Both the position numbers and the translations under genes were made by a program. DNA of 64,000 nt from Eledone cirrhosa (Eukaryota), in the NCBI GenBank assembly GCA_964016885.1, contig OZ024758.1:14632001-14696000 (forward strand), given 5' to 3'. Below the pieces are notes generated by a model, which saw nothing but the letters and a program-made list of their open reading frames with translations, had not been told where the DNA came from and did no database searches. Of the stretch, positions 27,156 to 39,237 are shown in pieces (the stretch's first letter is position 1; the number at the start of each line of letters is the position of its first letter).

Positions 27156-28125
27156 GTGATACCAAACCACCTGAAACCACCCTTGGGTCTATGATACTAA
27201 ACTATTTGATACGAAACCACCCTTGGTTCTATGATACTAAACTATTTGATACCAAACCACCTGAAACCACCCTTGCTTCTATGATACCAAACCACTTGAA
27301 ACCACCCTTGCTTCTATGATACTAAACTATTTGATACCAAACCACCTGAAACCACCCTTGGGTCTATGATACTAAACTATTTGATACCAAACCACCTGAA
27401 ACCACCCTTGGTTCTATGATACTAAACTATTTGATACCAAACCACCTGAAACCACCCTTGGGTCTATGATACTAAACTATTTGATACCAAACCACCTGAA
27501 ACCACCCTTGGGTCTATGATACTAAACTATTTGATACCAAACCACCTGAAACCACCCTTGGGTCTATGATACTAAACTATTTGATACCAAACCACATGAA
27601 ACCACCCTTGCTTATATGATACTAAACTATTTGATACCAAACCACCTGAAACCACCCTTGGGTCTATGATACTAAACTATTTGATACCAAACCACCTGAA
27701 ACCACCCTTGGTTCTATGATACTAAACTATTTGATACCAAACCACCTGAAACCACCCTTGGGTCTATGATACTAAACTATTTGATACCAAACCACCTGAA
27801 ACCACCCTTGGGTCTATGATACTAAACTATTTGATACCAAACCACCTGAAACCACCCTTGGTTCTATGATACTAAACTATTTAATACCAAACCACCTGAA
27901 ACCACCCTTGGGTCTATGATACTAAACTATTTAATACCAAACCACCTGAAACCACCCTTGGTTCTATGATACTAAACTATTTAATACCAAACCACCTGAA
28001 ACCACCCTTGGTTCTATGATACTAAACTATTTAATACCAAACCACCTGAAACCACCCTTGGTTCTATGATACTAAACTATTTAATACCAAACCACCTGAA
28101 ACCACCCTTGCTTCTATGATACTAA
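27156..28125. repeat. 50-bp minisatellite, ~19 copies, from the left end of MITE family B
   Basis: Unit ttgataccaaaccacctgaaaccacccttgggtctatgatactaaactat; begins right after ttaaccctt at 27147 and matches the single-copy MITE end at ~24230-24290. Confidence 0.95.
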
Positions 28126-29088
28126 GCTGTTTATTTTTAACCCTTTAGCATTTAAACCAGCCGTATCCGGCCAGAATTCTCTCACCTCTTTCTGTTCAAA
28201 CCAGCCATAATTGGCTGCTCATACTGATGTAAAGGTATTGTTCTCAAAATAAATAATATCAAAATCTCGTAACTTCCATATTATGTGAGGTAAAGCCTTT
28301 ATCGTGAAAATACAATAGTAAATGTAGAGTAATGTAAATGGTAAAGGGTTAAGTGTTTATATATATATATAAAACTCTTCCAATCATTAACTCTTGTGAT
28401 AACAACCACCTGAAGCCATCTTTAGTTCTATGATACTAAACTGTTTGTTTTTAAGTGTTTATATATTTATATAAAATGTTTCCATCATAAATTTAAGAAC
28501 CTTTGTTAACTCTTTTGTTACCATATTTTTAACAGAAAACTCTAAATATGATTTTCAAATGAAAATCAAGAATTTAGAGGGATTTAGTAATATAATTAAC
28601 TTTCTCACTATGATTGGAAGGTTTTAGATAGATATACACACTTTAAAACAAACAGCTTTGTATAGTAGAACCAGTAGTAGTTTGGTATTAAAAGGGTTAG
28701 GCTATGTTTCAAACACCAACTTAACCATTTAGCATTTAAACCGGCCAATATCCGGCCAGAATTTTCTCACCTCTTTAAAAATCATCTGCAGCGTCTTTCA
28801 TTAGAAATATGGTAAAGAAAGGGTTAAATCTATAATAAGAATTCAACTCCAAGTTAATTATTTTCAGTTTCAGTATCTCAATTAATTTCTCAGTTTTTAG
28901 TATTTTAATTAATTTGCCACAAATGGAAGCTGCTAAAGTGATGTTGGATTAGTGACAAAATAAATTGAATGAGATTTCCTTTTCTTTTCCTATAAACGTA
29001 CATTCTACAAAAACCTGTGACATTAATATATTTCATTTTATTTCAATTAAATTTCTGTTATTATTATTATTTTTCCATTGTTTTTCAG

Positions 29089-29319
29089 ACCGTTTGCAGG
29101 TGTATCTCTACAAAGACTGCAAAGATGCTCTCAAAGACGGAAATGCAAAAAACACATTTCCACTTGAGGGTTTCTATGGCATTGAATCTGGGTTCACTTA
29201 TGAAAAGGAGGACAATGTCATGGCCATTATTTGCCAGAAGTCTGTGATTCTTATGTCTTTTGAATCAAGAGAGCTTATGATACATTTTGAATTACGTATT
29301 CGACGATGTCTTGGAGAAG
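29089..29319 (+). CDS. DOK7: DOK7 orthologue, PH-domain exon (equivalent to human exon 3)
   Basis: Acceptor ttttcag|AC, donor GAAG|gtttgt; 231 nt, phase 1-1. Reads (D)RLQVYLYKDCKDALKDGNAKNTFPLEGFYGIESGFTYEKEDNVMAIICQKSVILMSFESRELMIHFELRIRRCLGE, which aligns by eye with recalled human DOK7 DCLLMLVYKD...LEDICGLEPGLPYE...LAIVCLSQAIMLGFDSHEAMCAWDARIRYALGE. Confidence 0.92.
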
Positions 29320-29715
29320 GTTTGTATTAGCTGCCTAATTTTTTAACATTTTCATGACTACATTTCTAATGAAATAACACTATGGTTTTTAAATAATTTT
29401 TATGATAATGAAGAATTTTCAGCAATTTAATAAAATAATTAACATTTTTCACATTTGATATCGCTAGTGCACGCATGATATTTGTTTATGTTCTGCATAA
29501 ACAAGTCACACAGCTTAGCTGTTGATTAGGTATGTAAAGATCTGTAACTTACTTAGAAATACAAATGAGAGTTGGCATCAGTAAGGACATCTGGCCATAG
29601 AATTCTGCCGCCAAATGTTTCCAGTCCATGCCAGTATGAGAAAAAGATAAAAAATAACAAAGTAAATCTCCTAAGGATGTATATGTATACTGATGTGTTG
29701 TGTATCTCTTTACAG

Positions 29716-29925
29716 AACACCAGTATCGAGTGAGGATCTTAAAGGTACCCCAGGGTAGTAAACTACCTTTAGAAAATGTCCGAATGCACATCCACCATGA
29801 CAAATTTTGCCTGGCAGCTTATATTCCACCTAAAATGTTACAATCTTGGAGGATACATGATTTACGCAGATTTGGTGTTGTTGAAGGGAAATTTGTCTTT
29901 GAAGGTGGCTCACGCTGTAGAAAAG
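29716..29925 (+). CDS. DOK7: DOK7 orthologue, IRS-type PTB-domain exon
   Basis: tttacag|AA ... AAAG|gtaag; 210 nt, phase 1-1. EHQYRVRILKVPQGSKLPLENVRMHIHHDKFCLAAYIPPKMLQSWRIHDLRRFGVVEGKFVFEGGSRCRK matches the Dok-7 PTB signature IPP..W...DLRRYG....F.FEGG.RC. Confidence 0.93.
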
Positions 29926-30778
29926 GTAAGAAGTCTTTTTAATATTTCTCTTCTTTCAGCATTAAAAAAAAATTTTAATTAATTTTTTTTTTTCACAGAA
30001 TAATGAGGAGAACTCAATGCAAGGAAGCTGTTAAAATAGCAAAATGCTGTCAATGACAGCGTCAGGTAAAATTTACCTCAAAGGACTGAAATTAGCAGCT
30101 AGAAGTGTGTTGGCCCATAAAAGTGATAGAAAGAAAATAGACGATACAAGATCACACAAATATCTTTTAACTTCTTCAGCTCTCAGACCGAATGTGGTTT
30201 CGCATGATTTAACTTTTTTAAAAACAACGTTGTCTCTGATTGAGACGAAGCAAGAGTGTATTTGAATACATATAAAAATGAGAAAACTCATTAACTTTTG
30301 TTGCTTTACTCTCTAATCAGGGGATTAAGAGCAGGACCGCTAAGATATGAGGGAGATTATCCTCATATCAAAGTCCTGTCCTAAATATTTGCAATAAAAG
30401 ATTAAACTGCAATAAGAAAAGTTCTATACTGATAACCTAGTTTGCATCATAACTTCTGCCATCACCGCCACATCTGTTTTACCATCCTTGAGACTTGCAT
30501 CAGTTCAGTTAGGCAGTTTTTCTCCAAAATAGAAGCGAGTTTGGCTTTTACGCCTACCTCCCTTCTTCTGATTACTGAGTGCATTACTGCACCAGCTTTT
30601 GCAATTCTTGCACTTAATTCATACTCCTGCCTTCCATCACTCGTGAACACGGCTCTGAGATATTTGAACTTCTCTACCTGCTTCAGTGGAATTCCATTCA
30701 CATGTAGCATGCACTGCGTAAGCTTCCTTGAGAGGACAAGTCATTAAAATGTTTTCTAAATATATTTTATTCAAACAG

Positions 30779-30895
30779 GTTCAGGTGTCCACATTATTGC
30801 TACAGAACAAGGAGAAGAGGTGGCTGAAATATTCCAAGCTGCTAGTGAAGGAAAACCTACAGCAGGTGAGCGAAAATGGCCAGTGATGCTAAGAA
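30779..30895 (+). CDS. DOK7: DOK7 orthologue, PTB C-terminal exon (alternative donor after 30865)
   Basis: tcaaacag|GT; GSGVHIIATEQGEEVAEIFQAASEGKPTAGERKWPVMLR; donors g|gtgagc (30866) and a|gtaagt (30896), both phase 1. Resembles DOK7 AGVFFLSSAEGEQISFLFD. Too short for the ORF track. Confidence 0.88.
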
Positions 30896-31157
30896 GTAAG
30901 TCAAGTGTGTTATTTTCAACTAGAAACATATTCTGGTTCTAACCCTTGGGCTTACGCTGCACTTGCTTCTTAGAATGGAATCATCATTGCATTTTTTTTT
31001 TTTTTGTTCCTTTTGTATTTCACATTTTATTTACATCAACTTCTTCTTCATACTTTCATATGCCACAGATCTTAACCCTTTTTATGCCATATTTCTAATG
31101 AAAGACACTGCCTAGATTTTTAGCAAATAATTTTGAAAATAATCCAAAATTTGGAGA

Positions 31158-31320
31158 GATTTGATATAGTAATATAAGGGCGGTGGATTTGATATAGTAA
31201 TATAAGGGCGGTGGATTTGATATAATAATATAAGGGCGGTGGATTTGATATAGTAATATAAGGGCGGTGGATTTGATATAATAATATAAGGGCGGTGGAT
31301 TTGATATAATAATATAAGGG
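31158..31320. repeat. 28-bp tandem repeat (~5.5 copies) at a MITE-B/SINE junction
   Basis: Unit ggatttgatatagtaatataagggcggt. Confidence 0.9.
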
Positions 31321-33849
31321 ATGTGCATTGGCAGAATCAGTAGAGCGTCGGAGAACATGCTTAGCGGCATAGAGTTACGACCGTTTACGTTCTGGGTTCA
31401 AATCCTGCTGAGGTTAACTTTGCCTTTCATCTTTACAGGGATCGATAAAATAAAGTACCAGTAATGAACTGGGGTTGATTTAATTGACTTTCCCCTCCCC
31501 CAAAATTGGTAGCCTTGTGTCTATAGTAGAAATCATTATTTATTTGATTTTTGAAGGGTGGTGGATTGGCAGAATCAGTAGAGCGTCGGAGAACATGCTT
31601 AGTGGCATAGAATTACTACCCTTTACGTTCTGAGTTTAAATCCTGCCAGGGTTAGCTTTACCTTTTCCCTTTCCTCCCAAAATTCAAAATTGTTGGCCTT
31701 ATGCCATTATTTATTTGTTGTTTGGAACATAAGATAACAAATGTTCTTACTTAAAATGATGCAGAACTGAAGTTTGGTATGAAAAAGGGTTAATTTGTAG
31801 ACACCATTTGTGTTACCTTTGGCCAAATTAAGATGTCTGTCATTTGAAATGAATGTTGCACAGAAATAGTAACACAATAAATTGATTGCTTTGCTTTATT
31901 TTGACTTTTTGCATGTTTCTCTCTCTCTCTTTTTAATTAACACCTGCAGATCTCATTCCTGGGTTTTTGATTTCTTTTTCTTATTATTAATACACTGATC
32001 TGGCTAATTTACAACTTAACTTTTCATCAGTTTTTTTTCTTTGTCATTTTTTTTGGAGTGGAAGTTACTTTACTCTAAACTCTTAACAATCCTTTAATGA
32101 TTTAGCTGAAAATATCTATAAATAGGTTAGTTAATTCAAAAGTTTATAGTATCTCTACTAGTGGATAGATTGTGAAAATTTACAATATTAAAGTCTAATC
32201 CTTTAGCATTTACATTACTCTATATTTACTATTGTATTTTCATGGTAAAGGCTTTACCTCACATAATATTGATCTATGAGATTTTGATATTTATTTTGAG
32301 AACAATACCTTAACATTAGTATGAGCAACCAGTTACAGCCAGTTTGAACAGAAAGAGGTGAGAAAATTCTGGCCGGATATGGCCAGTTTAAATGCTAAAG
32401 GGCTAAAGTCAGTTTCAAGCCCAGGTGTGGTGGATTGACAAAATCAGTAGAGTGTCGGAGAACATGTTTAGCGGCATAGGGTTATGACCCTTTATGTTCT
32501 GAGTTCAAATCCCACCAAAATTAACTTGGCCTTTCATCTTTACGGGGTCAATAAAATAAAGCACTAGTAATGCACTGGGATCGATTTAATCGACTTTCCC
32601 CTCTCCCCAAATTGCTGGCCTTGTACCTAAATGAGAAACCATGGATTGGCAGTGTCGGTAGAAGGTCGGACGCCATGCTTTGACGCATAGAGTTATGGCC
32701 TTTGCCTTTCATCCTTACGGATAAATAAAGTACCAGTAATGCACTGGGTAATTGCTGGCCTTGTGCCAAAAGTAGAAACAATTATTATTAAGAGGGTCAG
32801 ACACCGTGCTTTGTAGCATAGAGTTATGCTGCTTTACGGTCCGAGTTCAAATCCTGCCGAGGTTAACTTTGCCCTTCATCCTTACGGGGTTGATAAAATA
32901 AAGTACCAGTAATGTACTGAGATAATTGCTGGCCTTGTGCCAAAAGTAGAAACCCTTATTATTATTGTTATTATTATCATTATTATTAAGCTGGTGTTTG
33001 GAGAATAATTGTTGGCTCAGTTTCTTTCTTTGTTATCAATCTGTTCCGTTTCTTACAACAACCAAAAATAAAAAGATAAATTAATAGCTGCTACATAGTA
33101 ATACAACCACTTTTTCTTTTCTCTTTCTTCCCTTCACCATAAACTTGTTGAAATTAAAATCAGTTGTACTAGAATTTCGTACAAGTCTTTGTAACACAGC
33201 AAAAGCAAATGATAATCTCTTATCTGTCGAGAAAATGGCCATCTTTCTCTAATTAAAAAGCAGACACCGTTTCATACTAGATTACTTTTATCAACTTGAA
33301 GCTAAATAATCTTTTAACATGCTTAGATTGTTAATTCAATCTTTGTTGCTAATCATACTACAGCTAATTAGTGCTAGCACTGAGAAATCATCAGGGAATG
33401 CGTGTGTGAAGGCACGTAGCCTAGTGATAAGGGTGTTGGACTTACGATCATAAAGTCGTGGGTTCAATTCCTGGGCTGGGTTGTGTGTTGTGTTCTTGAG
33501 CAAAAACATTTCATTTCACGTTGTTCCAGTATACTCTGCTTCAACCATAGAATGACTTCCTTATTCATAGAAGCACATCATCTTATGTTGTTATTTTTTT
33601 TCTTTTCTATTTTTTTTTAAATTTATTAATTAAATAAATTTAGAAGCTTTCGCTTATGGCTTCAGCTTGAAATTTTCAGAAAATCTTAGGAAATATTAAT
33701 AGAATGTTTACAAATATTTTTAGTGAATTCATGGAATTTGAGATTTTAAGTTATGTGAAATTATTTTCATATAATTTCTCCTTAAATTTCTAATATTTAC
33801 TAGAAGATACTTTTAAAAAAATTGTTTATTTTTTAAAAATTTTTTGTAG

Positions 33850-34484
33850 GGTCCCAGATAAATGAGTTTTTAGACAGTCCTTTCAAATCTCAATACAGCG
33901 ACACACCAAGCTCAGCCAGCTCAATTGAAATGGATTCTCGATCAAATGACTCTGAATGGCGAAAACGGCATTCAATAAGTGCAGCAGACTATGGCTGGGC
34001 CCAGGGATATGGAGAAAAAAATAAACTAATTAGTATTGAGAACTTGGAAAATGAGGCCCGCGATCACTTACTCGCTATTTATGATATCCCACCTCGGCGT
34101 ATACGGAAAGTGGAATTTTTAAGTCCAAATCGTAATTCTCTCCAGCCTTCTCCTAACAGAAATACATTAATCCCTCACTTAACAGAAGGTTCCACAAATG
34201 CGAAATTGAACTGTGTGGACAACAGCAAAAATTATTATTCAAATACCAGTCGAAATGGGAACCAGTACCACTCATTTGAGTCTTTCATGCCATCCCCTAC
34301 CAATGGGAACACCCACTATGAAAATGAAATCACTATGTCTGCTCAGTTTTCTGGTGGGAGTGTTATTGATACAGAAATTGACCGAGCAACCACCCAGACA
34401 CGGCGCCAGGATGCCCAGAATAAATTACATAAAGAAGAGCAAAATCTTCAGCGAGAAATTACTTTGCTAGATGAAATGCTGCAG
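33850..34484 (+). CDS. DOK7: DOK7 orthologue, first tail exon (YDIP motif, probable short coiled coil at end)
   Basis: tttttgtag|GG, open and in frame with ORF 33930; donor CAG|gtaagt; 635 nt, phase 1-0. Confidence 0.88.
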
Positions 34485-35223
34485 GTAAGTAGAAACTTTT
34501 CTCATAAAATGCTTGATAATCCTTTTGATTTCAAACTGCCTGAAACTTTACCTGGTTCTATGATGGAAAACTTTATTTTAACCCTTTAGCATTTACATTA
34601 CTCTATATTTACTGTTGTATTTTCACAGTAAAGGCTTTATCTCATATAATTACTTCACATAATATCGAATCTATGAGATTTTGATATTATTTATTTTGAG
34701 AACAATACCTTAACATCAGTATGAGCATCTGGTTATGGCCGGTTTGAAGAGAAAGAGGTGAGAGAATTCTGGCCGGATATGGCCAGTTTAAATAGGGTTA
34801 AAGTGTTTCTATTCATCTAAAAACCCTTTACCACATTCTGAGGCTAGACATGTCACATGATGTTTTTCTCATATGTTCCATTCCTGGCATGGATGTATAC
34901 CAGGTTCATTTAACACAGCAACAACACTACCACTTTACAGTATAGGCTAAGTGAATTTTATTGTGGCACCAGCAACACCTAGATTATATGCACCTATACT
35001 CTAGATTATATACACTACACACACATCATTATCATCATCACCGTTTAACGTCCATTTCCCACACTTGCATGGGTTAGACAAGTTGTCCTGTTGTGGGCAA
35101 TGCTAGGTGAGGTGACCATGTCTTGTTCATACAGAACTGATTTGGGCTTGGTTTCTACAGCTGCCTGCCCTTCCTAATGCCAACCTCATTTACAGGGAGT
35201 ACTGGGTGCTTTTTGTCAAGACA

Positions 35224-35266
<43 letters not shown>

Positions 35267-35493
35267 TCATCATCGTTTAACGTCCATCTTCCATGCTAGC
35301 ATGGGTTATATATATATATATAATGATTTATTTAAGAAAATTACTTCCCAGCCAAATTACATATTTCTTTTTAGGGGATTTCCTGACAAAGATTTCAGTT
35401 TTATTATTTTTAGATGTATTGGAATATATGTTCGATGTATAATAGAATTAGTTATTTTGTATATTAAAGTCATATATTATTCATTTCATTTAG

Positions 35494-38092
35494 GTTTGGC
35501 AGTTAGAAGAGACCAAACCAAACGGGGGCCAGACACAACCAAAATATGTTGTAAGTATGCAGGGACAGCCAGCATTACCTAACAAAAAGTCCTACCAAAA
35601 TACAAATGCTTGGGTTGATGCTAACTTTACTGATAATGAAGTGCAGTTCCGCAGTAACAGCTGCTCATTAAATAACACCACTCCTCCTAATCGAACTGGT
35701 TCTGGCTATTGGGACAGTGGCATGCTGAGCCCAAATCTTTTGTCTAAACTTAACAAGATTCCACAAAATTCCCAGTTAGCAGCACCTCTACCTTATGTAA
35801 ACCTGGAAAAATATGATGCCGGTGATGATCGCCGACATTTATCTGTATCATCAAGTGAAAGCTCTGATATTTTACTTCCGACAGACACCAGATCCCAAAA
35901 TTATGATAACTTAAATCTGGAGCACAATCAACCACCTTTACCTGCTAAATCACAACAATTAATTGATTATCATAATAATGTTTATTTCTCTCAACAAGAT
36001 TCAAAAACTGAAAACATCTCCCAGAACATAAATTCTCCTAAAACAGAAGAATTTTCTAGAGAATATTCACCACCTCCAAAATTACCTCCCAAGGGTCCAT
36101 TATTACAAAATCGAAATCGTCAACGCCAGTTACTACCTTCAGCAAACAATCCAGTCTCACCTGTTCCACATATATCTCGAAGACACACCATGTCTCCAGA
36201 TTCTTCCAGTAGTTCTGATTTAAGTCCATATCATATGCCACAAATTGGGAATCCATCGTCTGTCCGTTTAAAAGACCAAGATAATAACTGTGATGATTCG
36301 TATTTCATGATGAGTGGATTTGCTAAGGAAGAGAAGTGTGAGGAGTCGGACCTCCTGAAATCTCCAGTCCTACCTCATGGTAACTCAAACATGATACGTG
36401 CTTACATGGATATGACTGGTAAGTTTGAGATTCCAACAGGCTTCCCTCCACCTCCTTGTCCATCCACTCACAACTCTCCTGGTCGGACTTCCATCTACGA
36501 TCCCAATATAACTCAGTGCTGCGCCCCTCCGCCTCCATTAAGCACAATGCCAGCTGAAATGATGAGATCCCAACCAATAGCAACAGGGAATCCAGATGAA
36601 AACTATATGGAGATGGGAGGCAGCCCTAAAAAATCAGTTGCAGATAACTTGCAAGCCTCAAATCTAAGTATATGTTCAAATCCTAGTTCTCCAACATATT
36701 TTTCCAAAGATATCGCCGCTTCAGTGAGTTCAGATTTCTCATCTTCTTCATCTTCATCTACAAATTGTAACCCAGTACCATTTCCTAATTTGAAAAACTT
36801 TCAGATGTTAAATAATGAAAAATCAAATGAGGTAACTGGAAGCAATCAATCTATAAATAAAGGATCTAGCAAAGATAAACCACAGGAAAACAATATGAAA
36901 GCCCCAGGGTTTTTCTCTCGTTTAATCCGACGTAATTCCAAGGACCAAACCAAGAACTCTTCTCTAAGCCAAGAAAATTTGGCTTCATCAAACTCACCTG
37001 TTGACAGAACTAGTTCAGTGGGACCTCCTTGTAATCCTGAAACTGTAGAGAATGTAGAATCTTTACCACCAGACCAAGCTCAGTTATCAGGGGAACGGCA
37101 GCGATCTTCTAGTTTCCCCAGTGAAAATTGCTACCAAGATATGGTTCCAGAACTACCCAAGTGTAATCCTTTGGTTGGCCAGAAGCAGACTGCTGGTTAC
37201 CCACCTCTACCTTTCAACTGTCACCGGGGTAGTACCTCCTCCTGCAATCCCAATTCTAATAACACAACTCCAACAAAATGTCATAATTGCCAGCAATCAT
37301 CTCTGAACCAGATTAAATGTAATTATAAAATACAATCTTGTGCTTCTCATTCCACCTGCCAGAGTCCTTCCAAAGAGTCACACTTAGATACAACTAACCA
37401 AAATCTGAAACAGATTTCATCAAAGTCTTTTGAATCTAATGGTCCTGAACATTACCCCAACAGTGATGTATCTGATTCCTATATATTCATGGGACCACTT
37501 TTCGGTAAAGAAGAAGAAATGTCTAATAATGAAATCAGTAACAATTCCCCAACAAATAATGATTCTTGCACTAAAAGCAATCTATTAACAGAAGAAATAC
37601 TGCCTCCTGAACAGTTCCAGACCAATAATTCTTCAAAAACAGATGATGAGAAATTATTAGAACTGTATCATTTGGGCAAGTCTCAGTTAAAGGGGGAAGA
37701 CAGTTTCGAATCAGCCCCGACTCCAAATACATCAGAACTAAAAGATAAACTTAGTTTACCATTGAACCCAGCTATAACTCCAGATGAACAAGCTGCTGCT
37801 ATAGCCAGACATGTAGCTGGATTACCTCCATTTATACCCCCTAAAACCAAATCTCATCCGTGTAGTTTATCCCCTGTGTTTGAATCAAATCCTTGTTTGA
37901 CACCAGAGCCAACAGGAATGAAAATCAAATATGAACCGGAGTTCCAGGAGATTCCCGAACCTTTCCAACTGAAGGATTTATCAGATTATGTTCAACAAAA
38001 GCAACAGGAGCAATCGTCTTTACGTATTGCTCCTGCGTCAGACCCACTGGTTGAAGAAACTGTATGGATCCCTAGGACAACTGATGCAACAG
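35494..38092 (+). CDS. DOK7: DOK7 orthologue, 2.6-kb Ser/Pro/Asn-rich tail exon with multiple tyrosine motifs
   Basis: ttcatttag|GTT phase 0, in frame with the 877-aa ORF at 35557; donor ACAG|gtaagc phase 1; 2599 nt stop-free, non-repetitive. Confidence 0.9.
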
Positions 38093-38535
38093 GTAAGCTT
38101 GCAACATTTCAGTTTTTTTTTTTTTTTATGAAAATCTTCATTATTAATATTTTACCATATTTTAAGGCAGCAAATTGGCAGAGTCGTTAGAATGTTGGAA
38201 AAATGCTTTGTGGTATTTATTCTGGCTCTCTGCTCTTTGAATTCAACTTTGCTTTTCGTCCGTTCAAGGTCGATAAAAAAGTACCAGTCTAGTACTGGGG
38301 TTGATTCTTCCTCTATATCTCTTTCTCACTTCTTTTCTCTCACACTCTCTATCCTTCTCTGGAAGAAATCTGCTGTGTTCAGACCTAGAGAGGAGATGGG
38401 CTCCACTAGGCTTAAAAAATGCCCTAAGAGAACGTTGCATGTCAATGTTTTATAACAACTGTGTTTGTTCAATTTTTACTTTACAGAAGTTGAAAGGTAA
38501 AAATTATATATATTTCAGACTGAAAATTTTTGAAT

Positions 38536-38873
38536 GGAGGCACATGGCTTAGTGGTTATAGCATTGGCCTTCCAATCGAAAGGTTGCGAGTTCAATTCTC
38601 AGACCGGGTGATGTGTTGTTTCCTTGAGCAAGACACTTTATTTCACATTGCTCCAGTTTACTCAGCTGTAGAAATGAGATGATAGGGACTGGGGTCCCTA
38701 TCATTCCACTGCAAAGTGGTCGTGGAGGTGCCACGACAAAAAAGCACCCAACACTCACTGTAAATGAGGTTGGTGTTAGGAAGGGCATCCAGCTGTAGAA
38801 ATCAAGCCAGAATCAGTTCCCGTCCCACCCTTGCAAGCAGGGAAAAGCGGACGTAAAATGATGATGATGATGA
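38536..38873 (+). mobile_element. tRNA-derived SINE family 2 (~340 bp, (GAT)n tail) in the last DOK7 intron
   Basis: A box tggcttagtgg, B box gagttcaattc, ccttgagcaagacac domain, tail cccttgcaagcagggaaaagcggacgtaaaatgatgatg. Near-identical copies at 10713-11052 (+), 12790-13054 (+, 5' truncated), 13333-13670 (-), 15784-16122 (-); older relatives at 20838-21070, 35030-35226, 40435-40650 (-). Confidence 0.92.
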
Positions 38874-39237
38874 TAACACTAGGGTCTATTTCTTTACATG
38901 AATTGTTTGCACTTTTAGTCATCTAACCCTTTAGCATTTAAACTGGCTATTTCTGGCTAGAATTCTCTCACCTCTTTCTGTTCAAACCAGCTGTAACTGG
39001 CCACTCATCTTATGTTAAAGTATTGTTCTCAAAATCTCATAAATTCAATATTATGTGAGATAATTATGTGAGGTAAAGCCTTTACCATGAAAATACAATG
39101 GTAAATATAGAGTAATGTAAATGCTAAAGGGTTAAATTGTTTATAAGATTGTTGATAATATAGCTTTATAAAATTAATGTATGTAGCGACTGTATTAACG
39201 ATATAGTAACTGTGGTTTTTCAATATTTACTTTACAG

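Noticed and set aside
34485-34589. ORF-track extensions beyond splice donors (also 38093-38190) or before acceptors (28965-29088)
   Set aside because: They run into intronic poly-T or MITE sequence; consensus splice sites define the real exon limits.
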